Shown here: piece by piece, positions 10,105 to 19,277 of the stretch | Numbering within the stretch: position 1 is the first letter of the stretch | Layout: each line of letters opens with the position of its first letter | NCBI RefSeq assembly: GCF_049969415.1 | Contig: NZ_JBMFOX010000012.1 | Span: forward strand, 1 to 39,180 | DNA length: 39,180 nucleotides | From: Candidatus Hadarchaeum sp. | GTDB taxonomy: Archaea > Hadarchaeota > Hadarchaeia > Hadarchaeales > Hadarchaeaceae | Direction: 5' to 3' | Translations under genes and position numbers: made by a program | The notes under the pieces: generated by a model | Database searches by the model: none | The model's input: only the letters and a program-made list of their open reading frames with translations | Told to the model about the DNA's origin: nothing

Positions 10105-12078
10105 TTGTCGTTGGAGATCCTCCCCCTGCTGACAGCGGTTGCAGCACTTTTGGTGGCAGCGATAGCGGCAAGGACGGTACTTAAAGAGGATCAAGGTTCT
10201 CAGCGGGTCAGGGAGATTGCCGGCGCCATACAGGAGGGTGCTTCGGCCTTTTTGAGGAGACAGTATACCACCATCTGGGTCGTGATCATCATAATTGCCG
10301 CACTTCTCTCCGTCGCTCCCGGCTGGGGATGGCAGGCCTCCCTGATTTACGTGGGCGGGGCCCTGTCATCGACCGCTGCCGGTTTCATCGGTATGTCGAT
10401 CGCGGTTAGGGCCAATTCCCGGACGGCCACGGCCGCGCTCTCCGGCATAAGCAAGGCGTTGAAGGTGGCCTTCCGCGGCGGGCTGGTGATGGGAATGTCG
10501 GTGGTTGGAATAGGCCTTTTGGGCATCTACTTGTGTTTTTCTTGGCTGGGAAATCCAACCTTGATTATACCTTACAGCTTCGGGGCCAGCACCGTGGCAC
10601 TCTTTGCCCGTGTTGGTGGCGGCATCTTCACCAAGACGGCCGATGTAGGCGCCGATCTGGTGGGTAAGGTCGAAAAGGGAATACCTGAGGACGATCCCCG
10701 CAATCCGGCCGTTATTGCGGACAACGTGGGCGACAATGTCGGCGATGTCGCCGGGATGGGTGCTGACCTTTTTGAGTCTTATGTTGCCAGCACCGTGGCG
10801 GCGATGGTGGTTGGCTTTGTCGCCTATGGTTCCAACGGTGTTCTGCTGCCGTTGTTGATCTCGGCGCTGGGAATAGTCGCCTCGATCATCAGCGTTCCCT
10901 TCGTCCGCGTTCGTGAGGGCAAAAACCCGAGCTATGCCCTCAACACCGCGACCATAGTTTCGGTCATCGTCACCGCCATCTTTGCCATTCTGATATCGTC
11001 GAATATTTTCGGCTGGAGCCTTGGCTGGAACCTGTTCATTGCTGTTTTGGTGGGGCTGGTCTCCGGACTTGTGATCGGTCTAACCTCCGATTACTTCACC
11101 AACAACCTTCGCCGGCCCGCCCAGCGGATAGCTGAATCGGACCAGTCGGGGACGGCGATTGGAATTTTGACCGGGTTTTCCTTCGGCCTGATCAGCACCT
11201 TTTTACCCATCATTTCAATAGCGGTGGCGGTGGTGATTGCCTATCTTGCCGCAGGCTTCTACGGGATCTGCCTAGCCGGGGTGGGCATGCTTGCGGTCAC
11301 CGGCATCGTGGTGGCCTCGGACGCCTACGGCCCGGTCGCCGATAACGCCGGCGGAATTGTGGAGCAGTCCGACATGCCGGAGGAGGTCAGAAAGATCACC
11401 GACTCCCTTGATTCTGTGGGCAACACCACCAAGGCGATATGCAAGGGCTTCGCTATAGGTTCAGCCGCCCTGACCGCGGTGGCGCTCTTCGCGACTTATC
11501 AGGAGGTGGCCAAGGTTTCGAGCTTGGATCTGTTGAGCCCAAGTGTGATGGCGGGTGTCTTCATCGGTGCCGGTGTTGTGGCGCTGTTTTCCGCGCTGGT
11601 GATCTTGGCCGTCGGCAGGAACGCCTTTAAGATGGTGGAGGAGGTCCGGAGGCAGTTCCGGGAAATACCGGGATTGATGGAGGGCAAGGCCAAGCCGGAT
11701 TACGCCAGATGTGTGGACATTGCTACCAAAGGGGCGCTGAAGGAGTTGATGTTATCCGGCGCGCTAGCCTTGGTGATACCGATCGTGGTGGGTTTGGTAT
11801 TGGGCAAAGCTGCTTTAGGCGGGTTCCTTGCCGGCAGCATCGTTACCGGGCTTATCTTTGGTCTGCTGATGGCCAATGCCGGCGGGGCTTGGGACAACGC
11901 CAAGAAGTACATCGAGATGGGCCACTTTGGCGGAAAGGGCACCCCAACTCACGCGGCCGCTGTGGTGGGCGACACGGTCGGTGACCCGTTCAAGGACACC
12001 GCAGGACCCTCGCTGAACATACTGATCAAGCTGATGTCAATGGTGGCCCTGATCTCAGTACCTTTGCTGCTGCTGTAG
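10105..12078 (+). CDS. hppA: Membrane-integral pyrophosphatase, predicted K+-independent H+-pumping type
   Basis: GGGIFTKTADVGADLVGKVE, IPEDDPRNPAVIADNVGDNVGD, DNAGGI, GNTTKA, GDTVGDPFKDT. Many hydrophobic helices. Confidence 0.95.
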   Translation: MSLEILPLLTAVAALLVAAIAARTVLKEDQGSQRVREIAGAIQEGASAFLRRQYTTIWVVIIIIAALLSVAPGWGWQASLIYVGGALSSTAAGFIGMSIAVRANSRTATAALSGISKALKVAFRGGLVMGMSVVGIGLLGIYLCFSWLGNPTLIIPYSFGASTVALFARVGGGIFTKTADVGADLVGKVEKGIPEDDPRNPAVIADNVGDNVGDVAGMGADLFESYVASTVAAMVVGFVAYGSNGVLLPLLISALGIVASIISVPFVRVREGKNPSYALNTATIVSVIVTAIFAILISSNIFGWSLGWNLFIAVLVGLVSGLVIGLTSDYFTNNLRRPAQRIAESDQSGTAIGILTGFSFGLISTFLPIISIAVAVVIAYLAAGFYGICLAGVGMLAVTGIVVASDAYGPVADNAGGIVEQSDMPEEVRKITDSLDSVGNTTKAICKGFAIGSAALTAVALFATYQEVAKVSSLDLLSPSVMAGVFIGAGVVALFSALVILAVGRNAFKMVEEVRRQFREIPGLMEGKAKPDYARCVDIATKGALKELMLSGALALVIPIVVGLVLGKAALGGFLAGSIVTGLIFGLLMANAGGAWDNAKKYIEMGHFGGKGTPTHAAAVVGDTVGDPFKDTAGPSLNILIKLMSMVALISVPLLLL

Positions 12079-12239
12079 CCCGCTGATAGAGTTTTTATGG
12101 AAGGGCTAAGGACACCTTTCATCCCACAGGGGCGTGATTGGTTTAGAGTTTATAAGGAAAAAGATGTTAAGAAATAGAGGTGCCGGGGTCAGGCCTAGTG
12201 CTTTTACTCTGGCGTCAAAACGGTAAGTTTGGTGGAATG

Positions 12240-12794
12240 ATGTATAAACTGCTGACGATTGAAGACACAGTCCGTGTGCCGCCGGACAGGTTCTCCGAGA
12301 AGCTGGAGGACGTCGTCTTGGACCTCCTGAAGAAGAACTACGGCGGGATCACGGACAAGGACGTGGGGATGGTCTTGGTGGTGACCAAGGTGCTGGACAT
12401 CTCCGTAGGCAAGTTGATCATGGGTGATGGCGCGAGCTATCATAACGTTACCTTTGAGGCCTTGGTGTACAAGCCGGAGATAAATGAGGTGGTCTTTGGT
12501 GAGATAGTAGAGATAGTTGAGTTCGGCGCGTTTATCCGGCTAGGCCCCATCGATGGTCTGGTCCACGTTTCCCAGGTGATGAACGACTTCGTCGGTTATG
12601 ACAAGAAGAAGGGAGTTCTCTACGGCAAGGAGTCCAAGCGTTCGGTGAAGGAGGGGGACAAGGTCCGGGCACGCATCGTCACCGTCAGTCTCAAGCGAGG
12701 AACCAAGGCCGGAAAAGTGGGCCTTACCATGCGTCAGCCGGGGCTGGGCAAGCTGGAGTGGATTGAGGAGGCCAGAAAGGAGGCGAAGTCTTGA
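12240..12794 (+). CDS. rpoE1: DNA-directed RNA polymerase subunit Rpo7 (E')
   Basis: DTVRVPP, GDGASYHNVTF, FGAFIRLGPIDGLVHVSQ, KVGLTMRQPGLGKLEW. Confidence 0.96.
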   Translation: MYKLLTIEDTVRVPPDRFSEKLEDVVLDLLKKNYGGITDKDVGMVLVVTKVLDISVGKLIMGDGASYHNVTFEALVYKPEINEVVFGEIVEIVEFGAFIRLGPIDGLVHVSQVMNDFVGYDKKKGVLYGKESKRSVKEGDKVRARIVTVSLKRGTKAGKVGLTMRQPGLGKLEWIEEARKEAKS

Positions 12795-12976
12795 AGCTGC
12801 TCGCCTGCCGTAACTGTAATTATCTCACCGAGTCCAGCATCTGCCCGAACTGCGGCGGTGCCTCACTTTCCGAGGATTGGACCGGTTACGTGATAGTTTT
12901 GGACGTGGAAGATTCGGAGATAGCTAAGCGGCTCAATATCACCAAGCCGGGGAAATATGCCCTGAAGGTAAGGTAA
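12791..12976 (+). CDS. spt4: Transcription elongation factor Spt4 (RpoE'')
   Basis: ACRNC..CPNCG, SEDWTGYVIVLD, SEIAKRL..PGKYALKVR. Confidence 0.95.
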   Translation: MKLLACRNCNYLTESSICPNCGGASLSEDWTGYVIVLDVEDSEIAKRLNITKPGKYALKVR

Positions 12977-12978
12977 GT

Positions 12979-14616
12979 TTACTCCAGATCAATCTCAAAG
13001 ACAGCTACCGGATTTTCCAGCTCGAAGTTGACGATGACCTCAGGGTGGATCTCTCCGACCGCGCCGATTTTTTTGTCCCTTAATCTAAATTCGGCGACCC
13101 GCCCCTCGATGAAGCTGGGGTGGGAGGAGGGTCTTACCTCCCACTGTTTGCCAAGTTCCCGGAGTAACGATTCGGCGGCGGCTTTCATATAGGTGAACCC
13201 GAGCCCTTCTCCGGTCACCGCCGCGGCCGCCCTCCTCACGTTTCTAGCCCCAGTTTCCGATTCTTCATCCAGCAGCACCACGTCCCCGATTTCAAAAATT
13301 TTTTGCGGCAGCGGATTGCGGCGGTTCTCCCTCATCACCGAAAGCAAGGAGGGTATTAAGGAATCCCTGAGTATCGTGTACTCCTCGGAAATCGGGTTGG
13401 CAATCTCCACCGCTTCCCCTTTCCGCCTCATGAGGTCGAAGTTGGTCTTGGGGTTGGTCAGGGTATAGGTCATCACTTCCATAAAGTTCAATCCGGTGAG
13501 AACCCGTCTTGCCTTTCCGCTGATTTTTTCAATAGGTGCCCGTTCCCCGATGGTCAACACCTTGGGGAGGGTGGGCTTCAGATTATCGTATCCATAACCG
13601 ATTGCGATATCCTCAATGATGTCTATTTCATGCATGATGTCGCAGCGGTACGGAGGCACCAGCAATTTCAGTGAATCTTTGCCGACCCGCTCCACCCCGT
13701 AGCGCATTGCCATCGCCAGCTTGGCGATCTGCTTCGGGCTGATCTCGATGCCGATGGTCTTATTCGTGTTGCGGACGCCGAGGTTCAATTTGCGCGGCCT
13801 TAGATCCGGGGTTGTAGCCCATCGTTTGGGATATTTTATCGCAACGGTTTCCAACCCAAATCCCCTTTCCCCCAACCCCGTCATGATTATGTTAAGCACC
13901 TGGTTGACGGTGCGTTCGTCGTGGCCGGTAACGTCGATGAAGAGGGAATCGGTTTTTTCGGTCACTCGGGTGTCCTCGCTGTTGATGATGGGGGGCAGGG
14001 ACAGCACCGTTCCCTTTTCATCAATCAGTAGCGGAAATCGGGGCAGACCTTGGAGCAACCACCCGTACTCAATGCCTTTTGGGTGCTCGCGCAGGATCTC
14101 CGCCGGGGTGAGCTCGCGGTTGAAGTCCAGCGGCAAAAAGCGGATGCCTTCGGGTGCCGTGGTGGTGTAAATCACCTTGGGCGCGATGGTTTTGAGGTCG
14201 TAGATGCCGATAGAGGCTTTGTCGCGCTTCCTGCCCAGCGAGGCATGCAGTTTTTCCTGGACCTGCATCATGGAGGCGACGATGTCGTCGGTCATCTTGA
14301 CCTTTTTAACGACGCCGGCGACGATGAATGGGCGGACCGCTTCAACACTGGGTTCGACCTCAACGGTGATCTTTGAAGTTCTGATCTTGTACTTCGGCAA
14401 TCCGGTCTTAATCCTGAGAAATCCTTGTAGCGCCCGAGCGACGCCTTCACAGCTGAGCAGATCGGGACGGTTGTGAGCAATTTCTAGTTTTATCTCTTCA
14501 CCTTTTGCCTCGGCCTCAATCCCCAGCATACTCAGCCGTTCGCAGAGCCTCTCGATCTCGATGGTCTTGCCGAGCAGGCTGCAGAGGTCTTGGTAGCGGA
14601 CGCTAATGGAAGGCAC
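12979..14616 (-). CDS. pheT: Phenylalanine--tRNA ligase beta subunit (archaeal type)
   Basis: NRPDLLS.EG, QEKLH..LGRKR, LSLPPIINS, VPPYRCDIMHEIDIIEDIAIGYGY, GEIHPEV. Confidence 0.95.
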   Translation of the reverse strand: MPSISVRYQDLCSLLGKTIEIERLCERLSMLGIEAEAKGEEIKLEIAHNRPDLLSCEGVARALQGFLRIKTGLPKYKIRTSKITVEVEPSVEAVRPFIVAGVVKKVKMTDDIVASMMQVQEKLHASLGRKRDKASIGIYDLKTIAPKVIYTTTAPEGIRFLPLDFNRELTPAEILREHPKGIEYGWLLQGLPRFPLLIDEKGTVLSLPPIINSEDTRVTEKTDSLFIDVTGHDERTVNQVLNIIMTGLGERGFGLETVAIKYPKRWATTPDLRPRKLNLGVRNTNKTIGIEISPKQIAKLAMAMRYGVERVGKDSLKLLVPPYRCDIMHEIDIIEDIAIGYGYDNLKPTLPKVLTIGERAPIEKISGKARRVLTGLNFMEVMTYTLTNPKTNFDLMRRKGEAVEIANPISEEYTILRDSLIPSLLSVMRENRRNPLPQKIFEIGDVVLLDEESETGARNVRRAAAAVTGEGLGFTYMKAAAESLLRELGKQWEVRPSSHPSFIEGRVAEFRLRDKKIGAVGEIHPEVIVNFELENPVAVFEIDLE

Positions 14617-16151
14617 TAGATCATCTCCCTCGTTTGAAGCCAGCTGATGTCGTTGTTGTACAGGTCGCGGATGTCGTCAATCCCAAGCCTCAGCATGCTC
14701 AGCCTTGAGAACCCGATTCCCCAGGCTAGGACGGGATAGCGGATGCCGAGTGGGCGAAGCAGCTCCGGTCTGAACATTCCCGCGCCCAACACCTCGAGCC
14801 ACTCCCTTTTTTCCGGGAAATAGACGTCGGCCTCCACCGACGGCTCGGTGTAGGGGAAGTAACCGGGTCGGAACCTTATTTGAGGCAGACCGAGCTTGAC
14901 CATGATCTGCTTCAGATAGCCGAGCATGTCCCGAAGCGTGAGACCTTCGTCCATGACAATCCCCTCGGCCTGATAGAACTCGGCCAGGTGTTTGTAGTCG
15001 ATCTTCTCGTGCCGGTAGACCCGATCTATGCAGAAGACCTTTATCGGTGGGTCAGGATGGGACGAGAGGTATCTGACGGTGGCGGCGGTGGTCTGGGAAC
15101 AGAGGACGAGGCGGCGACTCACCTCTGGGTTGAACTTGTATCCCCAGCCGGTGGAACCAGCCACGCCTCGCTCATGCGCTCTGGCCACGCGGCTGAGCAG
15201 GTCGGAGGGAAGGGTGCTAGCCTGTCTCGGTTTGGCCAACGAAAAGCTGTCGTGAATTTCCCGGGCAGGATGATTCTGGGCTTGGAATAGGGCATCGAAG
15301 TTCCAGAATTCTGATTCCACTATTCTGCTCTTTATTTCCGCGAATCCCATCTCCAGGAGGATTTCCCGGATTTCCTCGATAAGCTGTTGCAGCGGGTGTG
15401 CCTTTCCGGGATAGATGGGCACTCCCGGTGCGACCACATCGTACTTTTTTAACCTGACTTCCCGCCACCTGCCGCTCAACAGCATCTCTCGAGTGAGTTC
15501 ACTTACCTCCTCAATCAGCTCGATGCCCATCTCTACGGCCCGCCTGCCCAGATCAGAAAGTTTCAGCTCTCGTCTAGATTCTTCCTTAATTTCCACCAGT
15601 TTTCTTTCCCTCAGCAAGCGCAGCATTTCTCTGTCTTCTGCAGAAAGTTCCTCGAGATGATGCTCCTTAGAAGCGAGCGATTCCAGCAATTTTTCGTCAG
15701 CGGATTTTTGAGACAGTGCTTTTTCTCCGATTTCAGTAATTTTCAAAACGGTTTTTTCGTCTTTTTTGATGAAGCTGACCCAACTCCGGCGCTTGAGCCA
15801 CGTAATTGCGATTTTCTTCAGCTTTCCTTCTAATCCGGCACGGCTTGCCGCTTCGTCCACAGTTATTTGACCGGATTGGGAAAGTGTCTGCAACATCCTC
15901 CTTTCGGGAAGACCATTGCGTGCATACTCTTGACCTTCTGGGGTGAGCGAGACTTGAGACATCTTTTTCCCATCGATCATCACAAGGCCAGACTCGGAGA
16001 GGGTGAGAGCGGCCCGCATGATGGTGGCTTGATCGAGTCCCGTTGCTTGGACCATTTTTTCGATAGTTGACCCATCGCCTAGCTGTGCCAGCTCCCGCAT
16101 TACTTTTCTCTCGTGAAAACTCATTTTTTCAATGATTTCTTCTAGCCTCAT
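14616..16151 (-). CDS. pheS: Phenylalanine--tRNA ligase alpha subunit
   Basis: FWNFDALFQAQNHPARE, DRVYRHE..HLAEFYQ, FPYTEPS, GAGMFRPE. Long archaeal/eukaryal-type N-terminal extension. Confidence 0.95.
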   Translation of the reverse strand: MRLEEIIEKMSFHERKVMRELAQLGDGSTIEKMVQATGLDQATIMRAALTLSESGLVMIDGKKMSQVSLTPEGQEYARNGLPERRMLQTLSQSGQITVDEAASRAGLEGKLKKIAITWLKRRSWVSFIKKDEKTVLKITEIGEKALSQKSADEKLLESLASKEHHLEELSAEDREMLRLLRERKLVEIKEESRRELKLSDLGRRAVEMGIELIEEVSELTREMLLSGRWREVRLKKYDVVAPGVPIYPGKAHPLQQLIEEIREILLEMGFAEIKSRIVESEFWNFDALFQAQNHPAREIHDSFSLAKPRQASTLPSDLLSRVARAHERGVAGSTGWGYKFNPEVSRRLVLCSQTTAATVRYLSSHPDPPIKVFCIDRVYRHEKIDYKHLAEFYQAEGIVMDEGLTLRDMLGYLKQIMVKLGLPQIRFRPGYFPYTEPSVEADVYFPEKREWLEVLGAGMFRPELLRPLGIRYPVLAWGIGFSRLSMLRLGIDDIRDLYNNDISWLQTREMI

Positions 16152-16278
16152 TTTTAGTTCCCTCAGAGAAATAAGGAAAGTTGAAGTTATGAGGGTTGCG
16201 GATGGGACAGGTTTTGTCGTTCACCTCAGGATGTTTCCAGGGTTTTGTTTAAAGCTTGAGAGAGGTTCTTTAATTAAG

Positions 16279-17403
16279 GTGGCGGGGGCGGAAAACCTGA
16301 AAAAGCTGGGCCTTGTGGTGAACCCCATCGCAGGGATGGGTGGTCGAGTCGGCTTGAAGGGCACGGATGGGCCGGAAATTCTGGCCCGGGCCAGGGCGCT
16401 GGGAGCTGAGCCGGTGGCGCCTGCTCGAGCGGTGAGGTTTTTGCGCGCCTTGAAGGAGCTTTTGCCCGATGTGCTGCTGCTGACCTATCCCGCCGAGATG
16501 GGTGAGAACGAGGCCAGAGAGGCGGGATTCGGGGCGAGGGTTATCGGGAGGATAGCTTCCGGCAGCACGACCTCGGAGGACACCAAGCGGGCCGCCCAAG
16601 AGATGTTGGCGGAAAAAGTTGATCTTTTGGTCTTCGCTGGTGGCGATGGCACGGCTTCAGACGTTCTTTTAGCGGTTGATTCAAAGGTGCCAATTTTGGG
16701 AGTGCCCACGGGCGTGAAAATGCATTCGGCCGTCTTTGCTAACACTCCTGAAGCCGCCGCACAGGTTGCCGCGAGGTTCCTGCAGGATGGATTGCCGTTG
16801 CGCGAGGCAGAAGTGATGGACATCGATGAGGAGGCCTTTCGCGAGGGTCGTTTGACAGCAAGGCTGGTGGGTTATGCTCTGGTGCCCTATGAGCCCTCGA
16901 TGGTTCAGGCGACCAAGGAGGGAAGCACGGGCCATGAGCTGGTCGATCAGAAGGCGATTGCTCGCTGGGTCGTTGAGATGATGGAGAGGGGGTGCATTTA
17001 TATCCTTGGCCCTGGCACCACCACGCGGGCAGTTGCGGAGGAACTGGGAATTTACGATTCGACGCTGTTGGGGGTCGACCTGATCGAGGATTACCGGCTT
17101 TTGGCTAGGGATGTTAATGAGGCAATGATTTTGGATGCCATCAAGTCCAAACCGGCGAAGATCCTCGTCAGCCCCATAGGGCGGCAGGGATTTATCTTAG
17201 GTCGGGGGAACCTGCAGCTCTCACCGCGGCTTTTGAGGCGTGTAGGTAAAAACAACCTCTGGGTGCTTGCAACCCCTCAAAAGCTGTCGATCACACCCAC
17301 GTTGAGAGTTGATACCGGAGATCCTGAGCTTGACGCGGAGTTTCGGGGTTATATCAAGGTCATTACGGGTTACAGACAGTCAAAGATGGTGAAGGTGATT
17401 TGA
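16279..17403 (+). CDS. ATP-NAD kinase family protein (COG3199-like)
   Basis: LVVNPIAGMGGRVGLKGTDG, FAGGDGTA, GVKMHSAVFA, GQ/RQGFILGRGNLQ, LRVDTGD. Start codon uncertain. Confidence 0.85.
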   Translation: MAGAENLKKLGLVVNPIAGMGGRVGLKGTDGPEILARARALGAEPVAPARAVRFLRALKELLPDVLLLTYPAEMGENEAREAGFGARVIGRIASGSTTSEDTKRAAQEMLAEKVDLLVFAGGDGTASDVLLAVDSKVPILGVPTGVKMHSAVFANTPEAAAQVAARFLQDGLPLREAEVMDIDEEAFREGRLTARLVGYALVPYEPSMVQATKEGSTGHELVDQKAIARWVVEMMERGCIYILGPGTTTRAVAEELGIYDSTLLGVDLIEDYRLLARDVNEAMILDAIKSKPAKILVSPIGRQGFILGRGNLQLSPRLLRRVGKNNLWVLATPQKLSITPTLRVDTGDPELDAEFRGYIKVITGYRQSKMVKVI

Positions 17404-17494
17404 ACGAGTTTTCCTTGTCAGGGCAATAAAATCAGGTTTATAAGTCGGTGGCAAATTAGATATGTACTACGTGGTTTGTTTTGGAAGTGAGATA

Positions 17495-17968
17495 ATGCCC
17501 AACGCGAAGAGACCCGCGGGACCAACCAGCCCTCGCAAGTTAATGGAGATAAAGGTCGGCGAAGTCATGAACAAAAGGCCGCAGGTGGTCCATGAGGATA
17601 CCTCGATCGAGGGCCTTATAGAAAGGATGGTTGGGCAGATACAGGAGTGTTTCCCTGTTGTTGATAAGGATTTCAGGTTGTTGGGCATAGTTACTGAGAG
17701 CGACCTCTTCCAAGTGCTATATCCTCAACTTCCCTCGGAGACCGTAGGAAGCACGAAAATAAGGGAGGTTCTTAAGTACTCGGCCAAGACTGTGGGTGAT
17801 ATCATGACTAGGCGTCCCATCACGGCCACTCCGGGGATGAGTCTTCGCGAGGCCATGGGTTTGATGGCAGCCCACAAGCTACGGCGCCTGCCCGTTGTCG
17901 AGGGCGAAAGGTTGGTTGGACTTTTGTCGTTGAGGGACATAATAGAGCTCTATCGAATCATCAGATAG
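17495..17968 (+). CDS. CBS-domain (Bateman module) protein
   Basis: Two CBS repeats: VGEVM..FPVVD..LLGIVTESDL and VGDIMT..RRLPVVE..LVGLLSLRDI. Confidence 0.9.
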   Translation: MPNAKRPAGPTSPRKLMEIKVGEVMNKRPQVVHEDTSIEGLIERMVGQIQECFPVVDKDFRLLGIVTESDLFQVLYPQLPSETVGSTKIREVLKYSAKTVGDIMTRRPITATPGMSLREAMGLMAAHKLRRLPVVEGERLVGLLSLRDIIELYRIIR

Positions 17969-17976
17969 GTGGTTTC

Positions 17977-19188
17977 ATGGAATTCGAAGTTTCAGCGATA
18001 TTGCTTTATTTGGCGGTTTTTCTGATTGCAGCTAGGGTCGGTGGCGCGTTGTCTTTAAAACTGGGCCAGCCCGAGGTTTTTGGTGAACTTATCGCCGGCA
18101 TCTTGATTGGCCCGTCAGTAGCTGGCGCGATTTCACAGAGCATTTTAGGTTTTTCGCTATGCGTTGTTCCCGGCACTCCAGCAGGGCAATTCATGAGCCT
18201 GTTGGGGGAAATTGGTATCATAATGCTGATGTTTATCGCCGGACTTTCAATCGAAGTCGAAGAATTTCGTAGGGCCGGTAGACCTTCGACCGTAGTTGCA
18301 GCCAGCGGGGTTGTGGTGGCGTTCTTGCTAGGTTTCGGGGCAGCCTCATTTTTCGGTTGGACCACACTGGAGGCCGGTTTTGCCGGCGGGGTCTTGGTTG
18401 CCACCAGCGTTGGCATAACCGTGAGGACGTTAATGGAGTTACATGTGCTTCACACCAAAGTCGGATTGACGATCCTCGCCGCCGCCGTGATCGATGACGT
18501 TTTGGGCATAATAATCCTGAGCGTTCTTTCCGGGATGGCTTTTGGCGGCATATCATTTATGGGGATGGCCGAGGTTATTGCTTTAATGGTAGTTTTTTTC
18601 CTAGCAGTTATCTTGTTAGGGTTCAGAATTGTGCCGCGAGTCCTCTCCTACGCCAGCAGATTTGCCGCTGATGAGATCGTCCTCTCGGTCGCGTTGGCGA
18701 TAGTTTTCGTGATTTCCGCGATGGCTGAGAAGGTGAGAATTGCGGCCATCACCGGCGCTTTTTTGGTAGGGCTAATTACCAGCCGGTCCCAGTTTGCTGA
18801 CTCCATCAGAGGAAAGGTCGCCACGGTTGGCTACGGGCTGCTCATCCCGTTGTTCTTCGTTAATATGGGCGTTGAAACCGACCTCCAAGCTCTCGGGGCG
18901 GTTAGCGTTCTTGCAGTTGTTTTCTTAGCCATTGCCATGTTTAGCAAAATAGCCGGCTGTGGGCTGGGGGCGCTTCTGAGCGGTTTCGGGGTTAAAGATT
19001 CCCTGAGGGTCGGTGTGGGGATGATGCCGAGAGCGGAGGTCGCTTTGATCATGGCTTCCATCGGTGTGAAGGCGGGTGTTGTGGGCCAGTCACTGCTTTC
19101 GATGACGGTGATGGTGGTCCTGCTGACTTCTTTAGTCACCCCCGTGCTGGTCAAAATCGCCTTTAAAGGAGCCGAAAGGGAGAAGTAG
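17977..19188 (+). CDS. Cation:proton antiporter (CPA2, NapA/Kef-type)
   Basis: GQPEVFGELIAGILIGPS, ATSVGIT, AAVIDDVLG, PLFFVNMG, GMMPRAEV. Confidence 0.9.
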   Translation: MEFEVSAILLYLAVFLIAARVGGALSLKLGQPEVFGELIAGILIGPSVAGAISQSILGFSLCVVPGTPAGQFMSLLGEIGIIMLMFIAGLSIEVEEFRRAGRPSTVVAASGVVVAFLLGFGAASFFGWTTLEAGFAGGVLVATSVGITVRTLMELHVLHTKVGLTILAAAVIDDVLGIIILSVLSGMAFGGISFMGMAEVIALMVVFFLAVILLGFRIVPRVLSYASRFAADEIVLSVALAIVFVISAMAEKVRIAAITGAFLVGLITSRSQFADSIRGKVATVGYGLLIPLFFVNMGVETDLQALGAVSVLAVVFLAIAMFSKIAGCGLGALLSGFGVKDSLRVGVGMMPRAEVALIMASIGVKAGVVGQSLLSMTVMVVLLTSLVTPVLVKIAFKGAEREK

Positions 19189-19277
19189 AATCTGGCGTGG
19201 TTTAGTTCCAGGAAGGCCGGTACCATTGGTTACATAGGATTAATTATTTGCCGGCTAAAAGATTGACTGGGGTGCCG

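Noticed and set aside
19189-19277. Replication origin upstream of cdc6 (GTTCCAGGAAGG resembles an ORB start)
   Set aside because: A single partial match with no GAAAC or G-string and no repeats, in a spacer under 100 nt.
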